Below, in pieces: positions 56,601 to 64,000 of a DNA stretch of 64,000 bases (positions are counted from its first letter, which is position 1; every line of letters begins with the position of its first letter). The notes under the pieces are model-generated. The model searched no databases, was not told the DNA's origin, and worked only from the letters and a program-made list of their open reading frames with translations. Source of the stretch: Gordius albopunctatus (taxonomy: Eukaryota); the NCBI GenBank assembly GCA_964276515.1, contig OZ193909.1, forward strand, positions 19,654,001 to 19,718,000, written 5' to 3'. The position numbers and the translations under genes are program-made.

Positions 56601-59600
56601 ATGCTTATTATAACAGGTCGACTAATGGGAAGGATAATTTGCAAAGAATTCGAATCGACTTGATACCTCCCATGCTGGAAATGTGTGGAGACCGAGATGG
56701 TGATATAATAAATATGGCCAATAGAATAGCGCGAAACACCCTACCTCTAATAGCCGGTGACGATTACAAACGCCTCAGTACCCTCATGACGACCTTAAAA
56801 TTCATTATTTCTCATAGATGCCCAAACCTGATTAATCTATTCAATAAACACATAGCTAGGCTGGGTGTTGTTAGTGAGCTTTGTCCTGGCCTGGATTATG
56901 GCTCTCTCTTTTTGAACGTCGAACCCTCGTCAACTAGTAGCGACGATGATAATTGTTATAGGACCGCGATGACTAACCTGAAATCTATTATCGCTAAGCA
57001 CAATGGTAAAGAGATCGAAAAGATCGCGAATCTACTAGAATCACAAACCGGCGTGCAAGTTAGTTCTGAAGAGTCTTACTTGGGCGAAGTATTGGGCGGT
57101 CCTAAAAATCTGAAAATTGGGCCTAGTTTGCTCTACCTAGCCCGAGCTGAGCAATTGTTTTGGGGCGAAGTAGGTAAAGAAATGGACAGCCCGCGTAATA
57201 AAAGCGGATTGCTAGACCCTGAAAGTGCGCTGCTGTGCCTTAAACCGTGCTTTGTCTACATCCCCCAGCTAGAGCCGACTGACTTAAAGAGATTCTCGGA
57301 AGAAAGCATCTTGTTTAACCCCCAAACTCCGCTAGTCATGAGTTTAGAGGCGCGCCTAGCCTGTTGCCAAACCCTGAAAGATTTCATCTCAGGATTCGGA
57401 GAGTACGTTCTAATGTTTATCTTTCATTCAATAGTGTAATAAAATAGAACTATTTTGAATATGATGATAATATCCTTATTTAGAAGTGCCGCAATTGACT
57501 TAAACTCTTGCTCTAATTAGCGCCATCTAGAGTCAATTTTGATTAGAGGCTAATTTGACTATATATATCACTATCTTATTTTGCATGACTCGAAATGATA
57601 ACAGACATATAACGTTTTCGCTCTTATTAGAGCTCATCAGTATGCCATCGTTAATTTTGTAGTCACATTCTAAGCGAGATAGGTACATTCAACTCATTCT
57701 TATAATGGTTATGGAATAACTCTCATAATAATTATGTTATGGTAGATAATAATTATTTTAATTAATAATTTCGGTATTGTTAATATTTTGAAGAAGAAAA
57801 TAAAAACCCACTATATTAAAAACTGATATAATTCTTCTAGAAGTATGCACATGTTGGAAATAGTATAAAGCGAACGGTTAAAATAATTTAACTACATAAT
57901 AATGGTGCTTCATAGTATTAAGGTGTGACGTGTCGAGCAGACGATATTTGTATTTTTTATATTTGTCTGTTTAACGCTACAATTCATATGTACTATTAGA
58001 AAGTTTATTTATTTTAAGACTTTTACTATCTGGCTATCCACATAGACACTATAATTCTCCTAAGATCGACAACCAGAAGTGAAATTTTAACATTTTAGGT
58101 CAATATAATATATATGCTTTTCTCGAAAGAACTAATTTATACTTTAAGACAAAGTGAATAATAAATCTCTGTTATATCCTAAAGGTTTTAAATTTACTAT
58201 ACACTCTTTGTCAAACTTAAAATTTGTATTTAGATTAAATGATATTAAATAAAATGCACAAATATCATTACAGGGGACCCCAAGACCATACTTACGACGC
58301 CATTATGCAGAGTATGGATAAATTGAAATGCCACCTGGAGTCCCTAGATGCCAACATATTAATGTGTTTTAAAACTTCTTTAGTCAAGGGCATACCAGCT
58401 TACGAAACACTTTACGATCTTTCCCGAGGTCTTTACGAACCTGTAAATACCTCATAATGCCACTTTATAAATGACCCATAGACATGATGGACATAGCCAG
58501 GATTGGAATTAGAGGGGGGGGCAATTGTGATTTAGGGGCAGCAAAATGATAATTATTTGAGCAATTAATAAAGATTTATGGATAAACTGATAATCAAAAT
58601 ATTTCATATTATGAAATTTATCAAATTTTTTTTTTGTTGCAGTGCTCTTACCCAGTTAACAACTCGGTATTTTCATCATTCGATATATAACTTCATAACG
58701 TAGTCGGGGGGGGGGGGGGGCAGGGAGGGGCGGCTGCCCCCCCTTTAAATCCAAAAAATTTATTAAAATTATGGCTAAAATTTGGAAAAATTATCATTTT
58801 ACCGATCACTAAATTTTTAATATCCCCCCTCCTAATTCTAATGATGACTACTCCGATGTATAACTTGAGGCTATAACCGACTCTTGGCCCCTTTCAGATG
58901 TTAATGATTATCTTTGTATTTAACTAATATGTCCATTTTTTTAAACTAATTTCAATGGGTTAGGTCGGTAACATATTAGCTGATATGATTGTCAACCGAG
59001 TCGAAGAAACATTGCTTAACGCCTTTTTGGATTTCGCGAATGAACAAATGCTAGAAATGCGTGGTGATTCTGATGCGCGACCTCCTTGGGGCGATAGTGC
59101 AGAACCTTTCAGCTTCAAAGATATATGCGCCAAAATTATGGAAGAAATTATCGATACTTTAAGGTATATATATGCATATTTGTTAGATCTCGAACGAAGA
59201 CTAGATAGAGTGCTCATTAACTTTAAATATCCGCCATTTTGAAATTTGCACAAATAAGGGAAAGACATATACATTATGGTAATTTTTGTAAATTATAGTG
59301 TTTTTAAAATGGAATAAAAAATATTGAACTAGTTAAACACTGAAAACATCATTGGGCGATATTTGAATTCAAAAATTTTACCATATGAAACATATGATAT
59401 GAGCAATCTATGTATTCTATGATTTTGAATAAATCTAAATAATAATTTTTATCGCCAAAATTTTGTTTTTTTGTTAGTTTATGGCCTTATTAAATGATCC
59501 GTATTAATTTATCATAATTTTCGCCATGCTTAATTGTTGATTCGATAATGGTGTATAGGCATCAAAAAAAGTATTTGAAGAAATATCGTGTAGACTGGGA

Positions 59601-62261
59601 TACAGCCTTGGGAAATACCCTTGAATTGGCGCCATCTAACGAAAATTTTAATTCTTTCTTCCTCGCAGAATTTGCATTGAACGAGAAGATAGATTTAAAT
59701 GTGAGGATCAGAGGGCTAGAAATTAAGCGCCAAGTTAGTTTTATTTAATTTGCGTTATAAAAATTGATTTTTTAATATTATTTTCACAATATTTATTTCT
59801 TTTTTTGAAAAACTTTAGTGTTTACTGGATGCTGGTGGCGATAAAGGGGATGATTTGGTCTTTTCATTTTACCTGACATCCCTTAAACTTCAACAAATTT
59901 TGCTGGGATTCGCGCATACAGTTGTTGAAGGGGTCGATGCAAACTGTGCCCAAGTTTGCATTACTTTCTCGCCCCATTACAAATTTAACGTTTCATCCCA
60001 AACTATAATGGATCCCGAGATTAGAAAAGATTTATTGCGATTCCTAGTGCAATCCTTGTCTGAATCCAGCGAAGTTTTGCGAGTGGTCGGAGATGGAAAA
60101 GCTTTTGCCGACTCCTGTTATTTTCTCGCCAACTTAGCATTGGAATGGATAAATATCTATGGGTATTACGATAACTAGTTTTACTCTGATTTTTCCATTA
60201 GTATTCACAGTGAGTCAGTGTGATTTTCAAATGATTTTGACCCTAAATTGGGGCAAGTAGTGTTGTATAAACGACTCGGTTTTTTAATTTAGTTCGACTT
60301 AACATAAAGAGATCAAAGCTTTTTGATTTACTCTCGAACACCAGGCTTGGTTATAATTTGAAAAAGAGACCAGATTGGAGCCTTAGTCTTGGTTAAACCA
60401 AGGGTCGACAAAGCAACAATATCACCGCACGTTAAGGTTGATTTGGTGAGAGTAAGTGGGGGCAATTTTTGGAATTCATTATTTGTAACCATCTTAAAAT
60501 TATAGCAAAAATTTGGACTTGAGGCTACGCTCAGGACCGTAGTTATTGTTTAATTTTGGCTAGAAGTTTTATCATTCGCATATTTGAAATTGATATCGAA
60601 GTTGTTGATAAAAGGTGAAGTTGTTTCTGTCATCGAGCATCTAAAAGCAATTTTATATTACCCATCTCATCTAAATCTATTAAAGAAATTTACAACTCAG
60701 CATTAGGAATATTGTAACCTAATAAAGATCAAGTGCGTTCCGTTTATACAGGTATACAATAATAAATTTGAAAGATCCCTATTTATTATACAAATGTTAT
60801 TGCATAAAATTATACCACCTTTGTCTAGTTGAAAATATTGAAATTTCTTGAGGTCGGGTTTGGATTGAAATTCTTAAAAGAATTGGGTTGGGTTCGGGTT
60901 GAAAAAAGTGACTTTGCAGCTCTAAACCTGTAATAAATAAAGTAACATTTTTAAAAAAAAACCTTCAACGAAATATTACGAACTTACACATTTTTTATCT
61001 CATTTTTGTAGGAGTGTGGAATACGATGAAGCCTTGGTAAATTTGATCAAAATGTGTGTGGAGGCCACGTGCTCGGGTCAGTCAGCCGAAGAGGTTCGCA
61101 CTAAAAATCAGCAATGTTTGGTGCATTTAGTGGGTCAGATGTACGACGTAGGAGCCATAGATGCTTTGGGCGTTAAAGATCTTCAAGCGTTTTGCCTCAA
61201 TACGACCACAGCCCGGGGCCCAAACCCCAGGTTGGCCATTTGGCTGGGTTTGAGCACCCCAGCAACAGACCTGCACGCTTACGCCTTGGAAATACTGCAA
61301 AATCAGGGGAAAAACGAAGCCGCCTCTAATGCAGAAATTGCTTCCTATGGAGGTGTATAATCTAGAGTTGTTAAATTGCTAACTTTCTTCAAACTCCAGA
61401 CGCGAGCACGCAAACTGAGTTGCTTAATATGCGCGTTAGCACAATATTTGCTCGCTTTTGGTGCATTAGGAAGAGCAGTAGCATATAAAAATGCTCGGAG
61501 GCCGAGCAGAAACTCGAGCAGATTGTAGCTGAAGTTAAAGAAAGTTAGCAATATAACAACTGTAGTATAATCAGCTACACTAATTTTACTTTCCCCAAAT
61601 TTTATACAATACAATTTTGGTATCGCGAAATATTATTGTTATACCCCCACCCCCTCTCTTATCTAAATATTTACAGACTACGATCTCGCTCGCTTCTTGA
61701 GGAAGGCATCTAAAATTCAGTGTTGGAGAATTAGATACTCAAATTTTCCACATTTTTTGTATATGTACAACAATACAATTCTGTTGTCGCGAAACATTAT
61801 GACCCCCAGTCTCACTAAATTTTATAAGAGAAAAGTGTAAATTTTTGTTTTGGTAGAACTAAGTAAAAAAGTTATACGATTTATTGCAGGTATAATGCAT
61901 TTCGTAGTTTTAGTCGACGTTTGGTTTTACTAGGACTAACGGTCGCTTCTGGTCTCTTTTTCACATTTAGACTAAGCCTAGAGGTCTACTTAGAAAAACA
62001 GAGACCAAAAACCCTTTTTTTACAACACTAGTATTTGCTATTTGGCAGCATCTTCGGGCCTCAATGCAATTATGAGAAAGATATACTACGATAGACGAGG
62101 GCCTAGCAACGATGTGGTGCGATTACTAAATTCCGACATGGCAAAGCTGATTATCGACAAAAACTTGGTGCCTGCCTTCGCTAGAATATGCTCTCACCAG
62201 GATTTTGAAGTGCTTTTAGATCACCTATCTAACCCCCGTCTCGATCTCGACGAGAATTCAA
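35693..62261 (+). CDS. NBAS: NBAS (neuroblastoma-amplified sequence / Sec39-domain NRZ tether subunit), at least 38 exons, probably 3'-incomplete
   Basis: Phase-consistent exons: 35693-35764, 35801-35831, 35866-35917, 35956-36024, 36066-36113, 36166-36209, 36263-36441, 36545-36681, 36723-36779, 36906-37006, 37509-37618, 38066-38299, 41847-42041, 42536-42744, 42983-43055, 44235-44360, 44660-44775, 45495-45570, 46281-46525, 47101-47241, 47480-47609, 48337-48723, 49879-50261, 50332-50498, 51097-51373, 51894-52075, 53395-53832, 54624-54676, 54987-55328, 55613-55958, 56266-56443, 56617-57402, 58274-58442, 58964-59163, 59559-59733, 59819-60162, 61012-61352, 62049-62261 (or read-through to TGA at 62278). 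NBAS-like motifs: TTPEQLFDRK|IGDGEYAEALELAEKYNLNTDRVYQFQW, LYNLPESLEPGLYLPLLP, LETLVYD, EYRADTLNGLA...MNHLEFLLTD. Confidence 0.9.
39168..41180 (+). mobile_element. Decayed hAT transposon (ZMYM1/P52rIPK-like transposase) in NBAS intron 12
   Basis: Left end CAGGGGCGTAGAC. Peptides GQGYDGARNM, YVHCASHSLNLAL and TNERSFSTLRRFKTYLRNTMSNNRLNGLA. A 46-nt GT-AG intron at 39942-39987; frameshift/stop near 40180-40280; N-terminus missing. Confidence 0.88.
43518..43720. mobile_element. hAT-type MITE (TIR TAGAGTTGTTAAATTGCT)
   Basis: Long TIR and perfect 8-bp TSD CCTGTTTG (43510-43517, 43721-43728). Partial copy at about 45700-45850. Confidence 0.9.
44825..45370 (-). mobile_element. Non-autonomous Helitron
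   Basis: On the - strand it starts TCTATCTATATATATAAAG and ends with the hairpin CCAAAGC-AAC-GCTTGG then GGGCACAGCTAG. Inserted between A and T with no TSD; internal (CATA/CA/TA)n microsatellite and an internal tandem duplication of about 140 bp. Confidence 0.85.
50652..50860 (+). mobile_element. tRNA-derived SINE-like insertion nested in a MITE
   Basis: A-box-like GGGGCATAGTTGA and B-box GGTTCAAATCCC (50709) at tRNA spacing, then a GC-rich body; interrupts a TAGTGTTGTAAAA-family MITE. Confidence 0.55.
52665..53242. mobile_element. Long-TIR MITE (Tc1/mariner-like)
   Basis: Inverted repeats of about 140 bp (TTTGCAGATT.TGGTAGAGTTTTTCAC...CGCGATTTTAGCGTTTTT versus its reverse complement); right end TTGTTGAACCGTGTA. 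Confidence 0.7.
57604..57646 (-). ncRNA. Minimal type I hammerhead ribozyme
   Basis: - strand: GGCAUA CUGAUGA GCUCU-AAUA-AGAGC GAAA ACGU UA UAUGUC. Complete catalytic core, 5-bp stem II, 6-bp stem I, palindromic AACGUU stem III. Confidence 0.85.
61363..61564. mobile_element. Second copy of the TAGAGTTGTTAAATTGCT MITE (opposite orientation)
   Basis: Perfect 8-bp TSD GTATAATC (61355-61362, 61565-61572); starts 10 nt after the NBAS donor at 61353. Confidence 0.9.
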
Positions 62262-63403
62262 GTAATTTTGCATTATGAGTTGGGTATATCTATGTATGTA
62301 TGTCTGCTCATTCCCTTTAAAAAAGTGATGCCAGTTTTGAACCAACTGGTATTCTATATATACTCTCTATTTATTTAAAATTTATATAATTTAATGTGAA
62401 AACTTATGTCATATGATAAAAAAATGCTTTGTATAAACGATTAAATATTTTAGCTTATGTTATAATAATAAAACTATTTAAATATTAAGAAAAAACATAA
62501 AATTTTTGAGACGAAATATTATATTTCTTTTTTACCCTCTTTCCCACCCGGGGGGTGGGGCCTTCCCTCCCCCCCCTTTTATCCTCTTTCTTAACCTGGC
62601 AGAGGAACTCCCGGGTAAGAAAGAGGGTGAAAAATAATATATTAATTTAAGATCGAAAACATAATGTTGCACGGACCGACAACAAATTTAATATATTATA
62701 TATATATAATTTTGTTAATAGATAAGCAAGAAGTAAATATAAAAAAAACATAATAGGAACACATAAGAGAAACACAAATATATGGGGCTAAAAATATATA
62801 TAATAATTTAAGTGTAGAGAAGATAAAAGTAAAAATGGAGAATGTAAATAATTTACCCAATTTATCGTTTTACTTAGTTCAAGATGGCGGATTTTTGGCT
62901 TCAAATTTTTCATATGTATGCATGCTTAATGAGCAGTCTATTTAGTCTATGTATGTGTGGAATCTGGTTCAATTGACAAAAGGGCATATGTAAAATAAAC
63001 CGCATTTGGATACATATTTAAAATATAAATAAAATCGCATTAGATATATACTGTAAATATAAAAATATTATATAATGGTAATATAACAATCATTTTTAAT
63101 AATTTGCGAGAGATATTTAACTTAACAAAAAGTGCTTATACTTATTATCATATAGAAATTTAAGTTAGACCCACATTATAAAAATTTTGTTTTGGAAAAT
63201 ATTACATGTATATTTCTGATAACATTTTAATTTGTTGAATTTATGGTTAAAAAATTGTAAATAATGAGTAATCTATCAACGAGTAAAAGATTGGTTGTAC
63301 TTTCATTCATTTAATCTATATATATCTAGCATAGGCTTTTATTTGATAAAATTAAGCTCTAACAATTAGCCATGATTTTTATAAGTTCAATCATATATAA
63401 GTG

Positions 63404-63628
63404 CTAACAATTATAAATGTTACCTTTGTGTGGGATCTCATCGTGCGTGCGTGTTATTATAAAATTTGCATTATATAAAACACCACGGCCTACACAATGG
63501 CTAGCTCTACATTTATAGTACTCCCCATGATCCTTGCTACCATTCACTCTAGTGTATTCATATTTTTCATACACTAAAATTGGTTTGTTTTTTGGGATAA
63601 AACATATGTAACTTTTGACATTATGCAC
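63404..63628 (-). pseudogene. FLYWCH-type zinc finger fragment (Mutator/MULE transposase remnant)
   Basis: KPILVYEKYEY...YYKCRASHCVGRG...THDEIPH fits the FLYWCH C2H2 pattern; lies in repeat-like DNA with hairpins and (TATG)n. Confidence 0.55.
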
Positions 63629-64000
63629 TTGAAAAATTTAAAATGCGCGGGAGTTTAGATATTCAGAGATTTAGAGATTTTTACAAATGAACTTTTGTCA
63701 ATTGAAACTATACGTATGTTATGTATGTATTTATGGCCCTGATGAAACTTAAGAGCTTAGCTAAATCGGCAAGCTAAGATTGAGTTCCATCTGACACCTA
63801 CGCGGTGCTTTTCGGGCCACCTTAACCGCAGGTTTTGAGTGAGGATTTCTTATGTTATAAATGGCGCTAATATTACCTTTGACGTTAACTGTCTCGTCGT
63901 ATAAATAGATGTTTTACATAGTTTCAATGAAGCACCGTGTAGTTTTAATTTTTTTGTTAAACTAAGGTTTTTTTCGGATTTTTAAGCCTTTGAAAAGAAA

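Noticed and set aside
60564..60751. Exon-like segment with AG/GT ends and an in-frame TAG (possible readthrough or recoding)
   Set aside because: Exon 60162 (phase 2) joins 61012 directly in frame; this segment has incompatible phases, so there is no evidence for stop recoding.
63739..63790. CTGATGA plus hairpin as a hammerhead
   Set aside because: The hairpin is followed by CCAT, not GAAA; the core is incomplete.

Overview
AT-rich eukaryotic (invertebrate animal-like) genomic DNA, not prokaryotic. The ORF track misses most real genes because they are split by introns, many only 34-53 nt. Manual splicing recovers three conserved + strand genes: RPP21 (4 exons, 129 aa), IMP4 (7 exons, 288 aa) and a large NBAS/Sec39 gene (at least 38 exons, about 2,475 codons, 3' end probably outside the window). 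A single-exon 406-aa orphan single-pass membrane protein lies on the - strand. The rest is dense transposon debris: a decayed single-LTR Ty3/gypsy element plus a related LTR fragment, RTE and CRE-like non-LTR fossils, a decayed intron-containing hAT transposase, several hAT-type MITE families with 8-bp TSDs, a Helitron, DINE/Helentron-like repeats, tRNA-derived repeats and a FLYWCH/Mutator remnant. Most notable: (1) an intact-looking minimal hammerhead ribozyme with a palindromic stem III (Penelope type) antisense in an NBAS intron; (2) degenerate splice signals (two GC-AG introns, +5G in 11/46 donors, 7/46 AAG acceptors); (3) a sharp 5'-to-3' GC/CpG and intron-size switch within genes; (4) a fold-back element family with hammerhead-like arms; (5) a candidate pseudoknotted RNA near the right end. 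Gene identities rest on remembered motif similarity; no database search was run.
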